DNA from: Gemmatimonadales bacterium
GTDB taxonomy: Bacteria; Gemmatimonadota; Gemmatimonadetes; Gemmatimonadales; GWC2-71-9
Assembly (NCBI GenBank): GCA_035279705.1
Contig: DATEHG010000011.1
Location: 248-64,247, forward strand
DNA: 64,000 nt
Direction: 5' to 3'
Part shown: positions 55,790 to 64,000 of the stretch, piece after piece
Layout: every line of letters begins with the position of its first letter
Position numbering within the stretch: the stretch's first letter is position 1
The notes under the pieces: model-generated
The model's input: the letters and a program-made list of their open reading frames with translations, nothing else
What the model was told of the DNA's origin: nothing
Databases searched by the model: none
Program-made: the position numbers and the translations under genes

Positions 55790-57628
55790 ATGCTCAACAA
55801 GATGCTTGCCCTCCTGCGGCGGTTCATCAAGCTGGTCGTCATCGCACTCACGCTAACCATCATACTGATCGTCGGCCTCTGGTTCGGCACCCGGGCGCTG
55901 GAAAAATCGCTGCGCGAGCCGATCAACGCCTACCTCAAGAGCCGCACCGAGACGTTCCTGAGCTCCAAGAATCTCGAGGGCCTGACGATCACCTTTCCCG
56001 ACCTCGACCTGTCGCTGCTCGAGCGCCGCCTGCTGATCCGGGATCTCAAGATCCGCTACGATCATAAGGAGGGCGGTCGCTACACCCGTTTCTCGGCCGG
56101 GGTGCCGCTGATCCGGGTCGACGGGCTCGACATCGGGGACATCATCTGGCATCGGCAATTCCGGATCAATGGCATCCAGCTGCAGCAGCCGCAGATGAGC
56201 CGGTACATGGAAATCCCGGACAGCGGCAAGCAGAAGCCGGCGCCTCCCGCGCCTCCCAAGGACGAGAGTGACGTCGCCACCCAGGCCCGGGCCATCGGCG
56301 GCGAGGTGCCCTCCCTCCCGGCGGTGGTGTACGGGCTGGTATCCAGCTGGCTGCCTGACGAAGTCCGCGAAGGCCGGATCGACCTGATTGGAGTGACCGG
56401 GGCGGTGGTGGTCTTCACCACCCGCAAGGGGGCGGACGTTTCCCGCGACTCGGCGGGTGGTCTCGACTTCACCATCCGCGGCCTCAGCCTCGATACCACG
56501 AGCAAGCGGGTGTTCGAGGCTGCGGATCTCAAGGCGGACGACCTGGTCCATGCCCGGCCGGGCAAGATCGATTCGATGCGGATCCGCTCGGTCGCCTTCT
56601 CGCTCGGCGCCGCGGATACCGTCATGACCATCAAGTCGTTCCGGACCTATCCGGAGCCGGGCGAGATGGGCGTTTACATGGGCGGCTTCAGGCGCTCGCG
56701 GAAGGACCGGAACTTTTCGGTGGATACCGTCTCGATGCGCCCCTCGCAGACGGACAGCCAGTACCTGAAGAAGCCGGAACTGCGCCGGACCCGGATCCGC
56801 CTCAGCGCCGCGAAGCTCACCGGTTCCCGCATCGATCTCGAGCAGCTCCTCGCCCGCCGGGTGGAGGGTGGCACGATCGCCATCGGCAGCTTCAGCCTCG
56901 ACGTCCTGGCCGACCGCCGGGCGCCCGGGCCCAAGGATGAGCCGGCCAAGGCCAAGACGTTCTGGCCCCAGAAGCTGGCCGACCTCGACTGGCGCCTGCA
57001 GGTGGACACCCTGCGGGTCGACAACGGCTCGCTGCGCTATGCCGAGTGGAAGCCCAACTGGCCCGATCCCGCCGCGATCTGGTTCACCGGCATTTCGGCC
57101 ACGGTCGCCGGGCTGTCCAACAACCCCGCCAGCGCCGCCAAACCTTCGAAGGCAGTGCTGTCCGTCAGCGGGCGCTTCCTGGACAGCGCCGCGGTGTCGA
57201 TGCGCATGGAAGTCCCGGTGGCCGACAAGTTCCAGCTCAACGCCCAGGGCAAGCTCGAACACATGCCGGCGGCGGCGCTGAACAGCTTCGTGCTGATCTC
57301 CGACGGAATCCGGATCAATCGCGGCCGGATCGACAGCGCCACCTTCAATTTCACGGTGAAGGACAAGAAGGCGGAGGGCTCGCTGATCGCGATCTACGAC
57401 AGCGTGTCGATCGATGTGGTGGACAAGACCAAGCGCAGTCAGAACGTCGGCAAGAAGCTGCTCTCCTTCGCCGCCAAGACCTTCTTCATCCGGGGCAGCA
57501 ACCTGCCGGACAAGGAGGGAAAGGTGAAGGAGGGGAAGATCGACTACGAGTACAAGGTGGGCGAGAGCTTCTGGGGCGGGTTCTGGCGGGCGATCCGGAG
57601 CGGCGTGATTTCGCAGGTGAAGAAGTAG
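55790..57628 (+). CDS. Large N-terminally anchored hypothetical protein (AsmA/DUF748-like by general appearance)
   Basis: 612 aa. N-terminal TM helix LVVIALTLTIILIVGLWF. The first ~150 bp have lower GC than the surroundings. The family assignment is tentative. Confidence 0.6.
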   Translation: MLNKMLALLRRFIKLVVIALTLTIILIVGLWFGTRALEKSLREPINAYLKSRTETFLSSKNLEGLTITFPDLDLSLLERRLLIRDLKIRYDHKEGGRYTRFSAGVPLIRVDGLDIGDIIWHRQFRINGIQLQQPQMSRYMEIPDSGKQKPAPPAPPKDESDVATQARAIGGEVPSLPAVVYGLVSSWLPDEVREGRIDLIGVTGAVVVFTTRKGADVSRDSAGGLDFTIRGLSLDTTSKRVFEAADLKADDLVHARPGKIDSMRIRSVAFSLGAADTVMTIKSFRTYPEPGEMGVYMGGFRRSRKDRNFSVDTVSMRPSQTDSQYLKKPELRRTRIRLSAAKLTGSRIDLEQLLARRVEGGTIAIGSFSLDVLADRRAPGPKDEPAKAKTFWPQKLADLDWRLQVDTLRVDNGSLRYAEWKPNWPDPAAIWFTGISATVAGLSNNPASAAKPSKAVLSVSGRFLDSAAVSMRMEVPVADKFQLNAQGKLEHMPAAALNSFVLISDGIRINRGRIDSATFNFTVKDKKAEGSLIAIYDSVSIDVVDKTKRSQNVGKKLLSFAAKTFFIRGSNLPDKEGKVKEGKIDYEYKVGESFWGGFWRAIRSGVISQVKK

Positions 57629-57630
57629 TC

Positions 57631-57692
57631 GCGAGCGGCGAGTCGCGAGTCGAAAGGTCCCGACCTGCGCAGACTCGCGACTCGTGACTCGC
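57631..57692. terminator. Bidirectional hairpin between convergent genes (12-bp + 5-bp stem built from GAGTCGC words, 20-nt loop)
   Basis: GCGAG-CGGC-GAGTCGCGAGTC ... GACTCGCGACTC-GTGA-CTCGC. Sits between the TAG at 57626-57628 and the glmS stop at 57695-57697. Confidence 0.55.
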
Positions 57693-57694
57693 AG

Positions 57695-59521
57695 CTACTC
57701 CACCGTCACACTCTTGGCCAGGTTCCTGGGCTGGTCCACGTTGCATCCCCGCCGCAGCGCCACGTAGTAGCTGTAGAGCTGCAACGGAATCACGGTGAGC
57801 AGCGGGCTCAGCAGCCCGATGGTCTCCGGGATTTCGAAGGTGGCCGCCGCCAGCCGGGCGATTTCCTTGTCGCCCTCATTGACCAGGGCAATGACCTGGC
57901 CGCCGCGGGCCCGGACTTCCTCGATATTCGACACGATCTTGCCGTGCACCGCATCCCGCGGCGCGATGAACACGACGGGCATCAGGTCGTCGATGAGCGC
58001 GATGGGGCCGTGCTTCATTTCCGCGGCGGGATAGCCCTCGGCGTGGACGTAGGAGATTTCCTTGAGCTTGAGGGCGCCCTCGAGCGCGACCGGGAAGTTC
58101 ACCCCCCGCCCCAGGTACAGCATGTTGTCGGCCCGGCCGAACCGCTCGGCCAGCGCCTCGATGTCCGAGGCCCGCGAGAGGATGTCCTGGATCTGGTCGG
58201 GAATGGCGTGCAGCGCCTGGATGATCTCGCGCCCCTGCAGGATGCTCAGGTTGCGCAACCGGGCGAAGCGAAGGGCGATCAGGGCGAGGGCCGTGACCTG
58301 GCTGGTGAACGCCTTGGTGCTCGCCACCCCGACCTCGGGACCGGCGTGCAGGTAGATGCCGCCGTCCACTTCCCGTGCGATCGTACTGCCCACCACGTTG
58401 ACCACGCCGATCGTCCGCGCGCCGCGCCGCTTGGCCTCGCGGATGGCCGCCAGCGTGTCGGCGGTTTCACCGGACTGCGAGATCCCGATGACCAGGGTCT
58501 TGTCGTCGATGACCGGATTGCGATAGCGGAATTCCGACGCGTACTCCACTTCGACCGGGATCCGCGCCCATTCCTCCATCAGGTGCTCGGCGATCAGGCC
58601 CGAGTGCCATGACGTCCCGCAGGCGGTGATGACGATCCGGGTGATCCGGTTGATGTCGTCGTCCGTCAGGTTGAGACCGGTGACTCGGGCCGTGCCCTCA
58701 TCCTCGAGCAGGTGGCCGCGCATCGTGTTGCGGACGCTCTCGGGCTGCTCGAAGATTTCCTTCAGCATGAAGTGGGCATAGCCGCCGCGCTCGATGGTGC
58801 TCAGGTCCCACTCGATGTGGCGGACCGCCTTTTCGATCCGCGTGGCGGCCAGGTCCCGCACGTGATAACCCTTGCGGTTGAGCACCACCATCTCGCCGTC
58901 GTCGAGGTAGACCACCGACCGGGTGTGGGCCAGGATCGCCGAGGCATCGGAGGCCACGAACCACTCCCCATCGCCGACGCCGACCAGCAGCGGTGAGCCC
59001 TTCCGGGCGGCCACCACGGTGTCGGGCTCGTCGGCGGAGATCACCGCGATGCCGTACGCCCCATCCACCTCGCGCAGGGCGGCGGCGACCGCTTCTTCCA
59101 GACTTCCCTCGTAGCACTCCCCCACGAGGTGCGCCAGCACCTCGGTGTCGGTCTCGGACTTGAAAGTGTGGCCCCGCTGCTCCAGCGCCTTCCGGATCAC
59201 CTGGCTGTTTTCGATGATGCCGTTGTGGATCAGCGCGATCCGTCCCGACTGGTCGGTGTGGGGATGAGCATTGGGCGTGGTCGGCGCGCCATGCGTGGCC
59301 CAGCGGGTGTGCCCGATGCCCAGCGTGCCGTGGGGCATCTTGCCGGCCAGCGACTTCTCGAGCACGGAGAGCTTGCCCGACTGTTTCAGGACGGTGAGAC
59401 CGTCACCGTTGACGACGGCGAGGCCGGCCGAGTCGTAGCCACGATACTCGAGACGCTTGAGGCCGGCGATCAGAATTTCGGCCGCCTGACGCGGCCCCAC
59501 ATACCCGACGATGCCGCACAT
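57695..59521 (-). CDS. glmS: Glutamine--fructose-6-phosphate aminotransferase
   Basis: MCGIVGY N-terminal nucleophile, two SIS domains, C-terminal ...NLAKSVTVE. Confidence 0.97.
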   Translation of the reverse strand: MCGIVGYVGPRQAAEILIAGLKRLEYRGYDSAGLAVVNGDGLTVLKQSGKLSVLEKSLAGKMPHGTLGIGHTRWATHGAPTTPNAHPHTDQSGRIALIHNGIIENSQVIRKALEQRGHTFKSETDTEVLAHLVGECYEGSLEEAVAAALREVDGAYGIAVISADEPDTVVAARKGSPLLVGVGDGEWFVASDASAILAHTRSVVYLDDGEMVVLNRKGYHVRDLAATRIEKAVRHIEWDLSTIERGGYAHFMLKEIFEQPESVRNTMRGHLLEDEGTARVTGLNLTDDDINRITRIVITACGTSWHSGLIAEHLMEEWARIPVEVEYASEFRYRNPVIDDKTLVIGISQSGETADTLAAIREAKRRGARTIGVVNVVGSTIAREVDGGIYLHAGPEVGVASTKAFTSQVTALALIALRFARLRNLSILQGREIIQALHAIPDQIQDILSRASDIEALAERFGRADNMLYLGRGVNFPVALEGALKLKEISYVHAEGYPAAEMKHGPIALIDDLMPVVFIAPRDAVHGKIVSNIEEVRARGGQVIALVNEGDKEIARLAAATFEIPETIGLLSPLLTVIPLQLYSYYVALRRGCNVDQPRNLAKSVTVE

Positions 59522-59539
59522 GTGCTTCTGGACTCCCGG

Positions 59540-60913
59540 TCAGTTCGATGGTGACCTGCAGATCCCGATCAATTCTTCGGCCGCCGCCCGGTCGGGCGCC
59601 TCGGCGATATAGCGGATGATCGGCTCGGTGCCGGACGGCCGGATGTGCACCCACCGGTCCGGCCATGCGAGACGCAACCCATCGCGGGTATCCGCCTGAG
59701 CCTCCGGGAACCGCTTCCGGATGGCGGCGTAGATGGGCCCCAAGTCATTGCCCCTCTGGGACTTCGACTTGACGATCGTGTACCGGGGAGCGGCGGAAAC
59801 CAGCTCGGAAACCCGCTTGCCGGACCGCGCCAGCAGATGCAAGATAAGCGCCACCCCGACCGGAGCATCCCGACCGATATGGAGGGAGGGGAGGATGACG
59901 CCGCCATTCCCTTCGCCGCCGATCAGCGCCTTCGATTCGGCGATGGTGCGGGCCACATTGGCCTCGCCGACGGGGGCCCGGAGAAAGGTGGCCCCACCAT
60001 CCCGCGCCGCATCCTCGACGACGAGAGAGGTCGAGAGGTTGGCGACCACAACCGGGTCACCGCCCGCCTGCCCGCCTGCCCGCCTGCCCGCCAGCACGGC
60101 CCTCACCGCGAACGCCAGCGTGTAATCCTCGCCGATCGGCTGGCCCAACTCATCCACCAGCGCCAGTCGGTCGACGTCGGGGTCCACGGCCATCCCGATG
60201 TCGGCCTTCGATTCGCGGACCAGGCGGCCCAGCTCGCCCAGATTTTCCGGTACCGGCTCCGGCGCGCGCGGGAACTTGCCATCGGTTTCGAGATTGATTG
60301 CGCTGACCTGGCAGCCGAGGCGGGAGAGCAGATCGGGAATGGTGGTGCCGCCGGCGCCCCGCACGCAATCGAGGGCGACGCGGAAGCGGCGCCCCCGGAT
60401 GGCGGCCAGGTCGAGCATCGGCAGCGCCATCACCTGGTCCAGATGCCGCGCAATGGCGTCCCGGTCCTCACGATACCCGCCGACACCCTCCCATCCAGTC
60501 CGCTCCGGGCCTCGCTCCGCCAGCGCACGGACCTGGGCTCCCGCCTCACCGTCGAGAAAGATCCCGTCCGGGCCGACGAACTTGAGCGCGTTCCATTCGA
60601 TGGGATTGTGACTCGCCGTAAGGATGAGGCCGCCGCCCGCGTGGTGATGCTCCACCGCGAGCTGCACGGTCGGCGTGGGCACCATCCCTACATCGATCAC
60701 CTCGGCGCCGACCGACATGAGGCCGGCCGTCGCGGCCCGGGCGTACATCGGGCCGCTGGTGCGCGCGTCCCGCCCGAGCACGACCGAGGGCTTGCCGTGC
60801 GCCCGAGCCCAGGCGCCCAGCGCGGCGGCGTGCCGGGCCACCAGCTCGGGGGTGAGGTCCTTGCCCACGATGCCCCGCATGCCCGAAACGCTGATCATCA
60901 GGGTGTCTGACAT
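59540..60913 (-). CDS. glmM: Phosphoglucosamine mutase (FCB-group type alpha-D-phosphohexomutase)
   Basis: The ATG at 60913 gives MSDTLMISVSGMRGIVGKDLTPE. Active-site TASHNP and metal loop AVDPDVDR. Lies 18 bp upstream of glmS. Confidence 0.8.
   Translation of the reverse strand: MSDTLMISVSGMRGIVGKDLTPELVARHAAALGAWARAHGKPSVVLGRDARTSGPMYARAATAGLMSVGAEVIDVGMVPTPTVQLAVEHHHAGGGLILTASHNPIEWNALKFVGPDGIFLDGEAGAQVRALAERGPERTGWEGVGGYREDRDAIARHLDQVMALPMLDLAAIRGRRFRVALDCVRGAGGTTIPDLLSRLGCQVSAINLETDGKFPRAPEPVPENLGELGRLVRESKADIGMAVDPDVDRLALVDELGQPIGEDYTLAFAVRAVLAGRRAGGQAGGDPVVVANLSTSLVVEDAARDGGATFLRAPVGEANVARTIAESKALIGGEGNGGVILPSLHIGRDAPVGVALILHLLARSGKRVSELVSAAPRYTIVKSKSQRGNDLGPIYAAIRKRFPEAQADTRDGLRLAWPDRWVHIRPSGTEPIIRYIAEAPDRAAAEELIGICRSPSN
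60062..60092. repeat. Octamer tandem repeat (GCCCGCCT)x3.9 inside the glmM coding region (encodes GRRAGGQAGG)
   Basis: Read directly. The coding strand reads AGGCGGGC repeats. Confidence 0.9.
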
Positions 60914-60968
60914 GGGCCGGAAGCTAAGGGAAGCGGTGGAAGGCGGTAAGCCGGGAGCCATAGGCTTT

Positions 60969-60979
60969 AAGCCGTAAGC
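60969..60979 (+). repeat. Third copy of AAGCCGTAAGC
   Basis: Identical 11-mer to 22281 and 22302. Surrounded by related words (TAAGCC, ATAGGC). Confidence 0.7.
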
Positions 60980-61026
60980 TCTAAGCCTTAGGCATAGGCC
61001 GATGGTGTGAGGTGAGACGTTTCGCC

Positions 61027-61050
61027 CGCCCGTCTGCCCGTCTGTCCGTC
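61027..61050 (-). repeat. Three units of the GACGGGCA/GGGCAGAC octamer, abutting the TAG stop of the HD-GYP gene on its coding strand
   Basis: The minus strand reads TAG|ACGGACAGACGGGCAGACGGGCGGGC. Same unit as 22096-22175. Confidence 0.8.
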
Positions 61051-62192
61051 TAAAGGTTCAGCGGCAGCTGGCCGGGATCGGGAAAGGCGCCCAGGAATGC
61101 GGCGACGACCTCGGGGTCGAACTGCGTGCCGGCGCTGCGGCGCAATTCCTCGTAGGCCTCAGGTGGCGTGAGCGAATTCCGGTACGGCCGGCTCGACGTC
61201 ATGGCGTCGAAGGCATCGGCGACACAGACGATTCTGGCTTCGATCGGGATCCGGTCTCCCACGAGACCGTCGGGAAATCCCCGCCCGTCCATCCGCTCAT
61301 GGTGGGAGCGGACGATCGACAGCACCACGGGACTCTCGCGCGCCAGCGGCGCCAGGATCTTCTCTCCCAGCACCGTATGCTCGGCGATGTGGGCGAATTC
61401 TTCGGCCGTGAGCGGCGCCGGCTTGTTCAGCACGGATTCCCGGGTGCCGATCTTCCCGATATCGTGGAGTTCGGCGCCGAGGCGGATGTCCTCCAGCCGG
61501 TCCTCGATCAGACCGAGGCGCAGGGCGGTCCGGGCTGCGTAGCGGCTGACCCGCCGCGAATGGTCGCGGGTATAGGAATCCTTGGCTTCGAGGGCGTGCG
61601 CGAGGGTCTGCACGCCCTCCAGGAAGAGCTCCTTGATCCGCTGGGCCTGCTGGCGGACACGGCTTTCAAGGATCCGCTGGTAGAACTGGCTCCGCAGCAG
61701 CAGTTCACGCTTTTCCAGGGCCTTGGCCACCCGGGCGCGGACTTCCTCGACCAGGGCCGGCTTCCCGATGTAGTCGAGCGCCCCGCGGTCGAGGCACGCC
61801 ACCGCGGTCTTCACGTCGGACACGCCGGTCAGCATGATCACGGCGGTGTTGGGCCAGCGACGGCGCACTTCGTCGAGCAGCGCGATGCCGTCGAGGCCCG
61901 GCATCTGGATGTCGCTGATGATGAGGGGCACCTCACCCTGGCGCTCCAGCCATTCGAGCGCCGACTCGCCGGACTCGATTTCGATCGCCTCGAGACCCTG
62001 GGTCCGGAGCAGCTTGGCGATGACGGCACGCACCTGGGCATCGTCGTCGACCACGAGGCAGCGGCTCGGCACCGTTGGCTCGCCGTCCCGGCCGGGCACT
62101 TCCCACGGGAGGAGCGACAGGGCCGCCGCCCGGGGGGGCGCCACCGATTCGCTTGCCCGCCCGCTGCCACTCCCGTAAGCTTCGCCGCTCAT
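61050..62192 (-). CDS. Response regulator with HD-GYP (RpfG-like) c-di-GMP phosphodiesterase domain
   Basis: Receiver (CLVVDDDAQV...IISDIQMPGLDG...MLTG...KP) plus HD-GYP (AHALEAKDSYTRDHSRRV, LHDIGK, HHERMDGRGFP). Start is either the ATG at 62192 or the GTG at 62072. The rest of the 796-aa ORF is antisense to the next gene. Confidence 0.85.
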   Translation of the reverse strand: MSGEAYGSGSGRASESVAPPRAAALSLLPWEVPGRDGEPTVPSRCLVVDDDAQVRAVIAKLLRTQGLEAIEIESGESALEWLERQGEVPLIISDIQMPGLDGIALLDEVRRRWPNTAVIMLTGVSDVKTAVACLDRGALDYIGKPALVEEVRARVAKALEKRELLLRSQFYQRILESRVRQQAQRIKELFLEGVQTLAHALEAKDSYTRDHSRRVSRYAARTALRLGLIEDRLEDIRLGAELHDIGKIGTRESVLNKPAPLTAEEFAHIAEHTVLGEKILAPLARESPVVLSIVRSHHERMDGRGFPDGLVGDRIPIEARIVCVADAFDAMTSSRPYRNSLTPPEAYEELRRSAGTQFDPEVVAAFLGAFPDPGQLPLNL

Positions 62193-62207
62193 CGAACCTG
62201 ATTGGCC

Positions 62208-63377
62208 ATGACGCAGATTCTCCCCGACGACGCATCCCACGGATTTGCGACCCGCGCGGTCCATGCCGGCCAGGTGGCCGACCCGCTGGCGGGCGCCGTG
62301 ATGACACCAATCTACCAGACCAGCACCTACGTGCAGGAGGGGCTGGGCCGCCACAAGGGCTTCGAGTACGCCCGGACCCAGAATCCCACCCGCCAGGCCC
62401 TCGAGAGGAACGTAGCGAGCCTTGAGGGCGCCCGGCACGGATTCGCCTTCGGCTCCGGGCTCGCGGCCACCGACGCCATCCTCAAGCTCTTTTCGTCCGG
62501 CGACCACGTGGTCTGCGGGGAGAATGTCTACGGCGGCACCCACCGCCTGATGACGCATGTGTACGCCCGGATGGGGCTCACCTTCACGTTTGTCGACATG
62601 CGGGACGTGGCCAACATCGAGCGCGCCCTGACGCCGGCCACGAAGCTCATCTTCGGCGAAACACCCACCAACCCGATGATGTTCCTCACCGATCTCCAGG
62701 CGGTGGGAGACCTGGCCCAGTCCCGTGGGCTGGTGTTCGCGGTCGACAACACCTTCGCCACGCCCTTCTTCCAGCAGCCGCTCGCCCTGGGGGCGGATGT
62801 GGTGATGCACTCGACCACCAAGTACCTGAACGGCCACAGCGACATGGTCGGCGGGCTGGTGCTCACCAGCCGGGACGATCTGGCCGAGAAACTCGGATTC
62901 CTGCAGAACGCATCGGGCGCGGTGCCTGGGCCGATGGACTGCTGGCTCGCGCTCCGCGGCACCAAGACGCTGCCGCTGCGGATGCGCCAGCACGATGCCA
63001 ACGGCCGCAAGGTGGCGCAGTGGCTCACCACCCAGTCCGCGGTCAAGAAGCTCTATTACCCGGGCCTCCCCTCGCATCCGCAGCACGAGCTCGCCTGCCG
63101 CCAGATGAAGGGGTTCGGCGGGATGATCTCGCTCGATGTCGGCGACACTGGCAAAGCCCGCCGGGTGGTCGAATCGACGAAAATTTTCCGGCTGGCCGAG
63201 TCGCTGGGCGGCGTCGAAAGCCTGATCGGACACCCCGCGAGCATGACGCACGCGTCGGTACCACCCGCGATGCGGCAGGCCATGGGACTGACCGACAGCC
63301 TGGTGCGCCTCTCCTGCGGTATCGAGGATGCCGACGACCTGATCGAGGATCTGGCCCAGGCGCTGGCCGCGAAGTAG
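62208..63377 (+). CDS. Cys/Met-metabolism PLP-dependent enzyme (cystathionine gamma-synthase/beta-lyase/gamma-lyase family)
   Basis: TRAVHAG, YARTQNPTR, FGSGLAA, DNTFATP, and the PLP-Lys context HSTTKYLNGHSD. Confidence 0.88.
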   Translation: MTQILPDDASHGFATRAVHAGQVADPLAGAVMTPIYQTSTYVQEGLGRHKGFEYARTQNPTRQALERNVASLEGARHGFAFGSGLAATDAILKLFSSGDHVVCGENVYGGTHRLMTHVYARMGLTFTFVDMRDVANIERALTPATKLIFGETPTNPMMFLTDLQAVGDLAQSRGLVFAVDNTFATPFFQQPLALGADVVMHSTTKYLNGHSDMVGGLVLTSRDDLAEKLGFLQNASGAVPGPMDCWLALRGTKTLPLRMRQHDANGRKVAQWLTTQSAVKKLYYPGLPSHPQHELACRQMKGFGGMISLDVGDTGKARRVVESTKIFRLAESLGGVESLIGHPASMTHASVPPAMRQAMGLTDSLVRLSCGIEDADDLIEDLAQALAAK

Positions 63378-63460
63378 CAGCGCCTCAACGCCGGATTTCA
63401 CTTTGAAACAACGAATCGGCTGCGGCGTAGGTAGCGCCACCCCCTGCGAGTGAGCTTGCC

Positions 63461-64000
63461 ATGAGTACCACGCTTCCCGCGGCCCGGCCCCGCCGGACCT
63501 TTCCTCAAATCGCGGCGGTCAGCTGGGAGCACCCGGCCGACCGCGCGGCGTTGCAGTCGCTCCGCTCCATCCCCGGATTCGAAGACATCGTGAAGAAAAT
63601 CCTCGCCCTGCTGGGAGGGGAACGGGGCATCCGCTTGTTGTTCCAGGCCAATGCGGTGCGGGTCGGACCGAGCCAGTTCCCGAAGCTCTGGACCGCGCAC
63701 GTGGAGATGTGCACCACCTTCGACTGGCCCGCGGTACCGGAGCTGTTCGTTTCCCAGACTCCCGTTTTCAATGCCGGCGCCTACGGCGTCGACCAGCCGT
63801 TCATCGTGCTGCACAGCGCGGCCCTCGAACTGCTCGATGACGACGAGGTCAAGGCGCTGCTGGCCCACGAGCTGGGTCACGTGATGAGCGGCCATTCCCT
63901 CTATCGCACCATCGCCGAGATCCTGCTCCAGGTGAGCCTCGGCGCGCTGCCCTTCCTGGCAAGCGTGGCGGTGTTGCCCATCCGCCTGGCGGTGCTGGAG
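63461..64000 (+). CDS. M48-family zinc metallopeptidase (N-terminal part; runs off the window end)
   Basis: Own translation from the ATG at 63461: [31 protein letters not shown]...VKALLAHELGHVMSGHSLYRT (HExxH). Absent from the track because there is no stop in the window. Confidence 0.75.
   Translation, partial: MSTTLPAARPRRTFPQIAAVSWEHPADRAALQSLRSIPGFEDIVKKILALLGGERGIRLLFQANAVRVGPSQFPKLWTAHVEMCTTFDWPAVPELFVSQTPVFNAGAYGVDQPFIVLHSAALELLDDDEVKALLAHELGHVMSGHSLYRTIAEILLQVSLGALPFLASVAVLPIRLAVLE

Noticed and set aside
59522-59539. glmS ribozyme or riboswitch upstream of glmS
   Set aside because: Only 18 bp separate glmM from glmS, so there is no room for a structured leader.
62193-63440. Upstream 415 aa of the 796-aa ORF 61050..63440
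   Set aside because: It is antisense to the clearly recognisable Cys/Met PLP enzyme gene. The receiver domain begins only after residue ~450. I truncated the call to 62192 (or 62072).

Overview
Very GC-rich bacterial chromosomal segment (roughly two-thirds G+C by eye). It is densely packed: about 60 protein genes and one tRNA. I found no rRNA, CRISPR array, transposase or integrase. All functional calls rest on motifs I recognise in the translated ORFs; no database search was possible. FCB-type GlmM N-terminus and '...LAAQ' signal-peptide ends suggest a Gemmatimonadota-like organism, but this is inference only.

Gene layout, left to right:
- trmH-like (partial) and thiD.
- A Pho supercluster of about 16 kb: PNP, small ORF and 5'-nucleotidase head-to-head with phoB-phoR, then a STAS protein, a porin, pstS, pstC, pstA, two tandem pstB, phoU and ppx, followed by deoC.
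- Rhomboid protease, dnaK, htrA.
- A hypothetical gene, an octamer tandem repeat and tRNA-Leu(UAG).
- A Tat-signal PLP enzyme and a lipoprotein.
- A four-gene ECF sigma module in which two products carry CBM48/AMPK-beta-like domains.
- tig-clpP-clpX-engB.
- A Fur-box-fronted operon: outer-membrane barrel, FMN_bind protein, 4-TM protein and ApbE.
- A hybrid histidine kinase, a degenerate M13 peptidase, a GlxA-type regulator.
- One long minus-strand array: Omp85-like, GspE/PilB-REC fusion, hisC-hisB-hisH, NUDIX, hisF, secreted beta-helix protein.
- Lipoprotein-trpE, an FHA-GAF adenylate/guanylate cyclase, maf-dtd, a large anchored hypothetical, glmM-glmS, an HD-GYP response regulator, a Cys/Met PLP enzyme, and a partial M48 peptidase.

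Best candidates for undescribed biology:
1. The Fur-box-controlled barrel/FMN_bind/4-TM/ApbE operon, which also holds a DUF1111 gene remnant.
2. The ECF sigma module with paired periplasmic CBM48-like domains.
3. The orphan secretion-type ATPase fused to a receiver domain, sitting at the head of a rearranged his operon.
4. A family of G-rich octamer tandem repeats and word-repeat hairpins that abut stop codons. One lies just upstream of the tRNA and one lies in frame inside glmM.

The many long ORFs antisense to recognisable genes are treated as GC-content artefacts.
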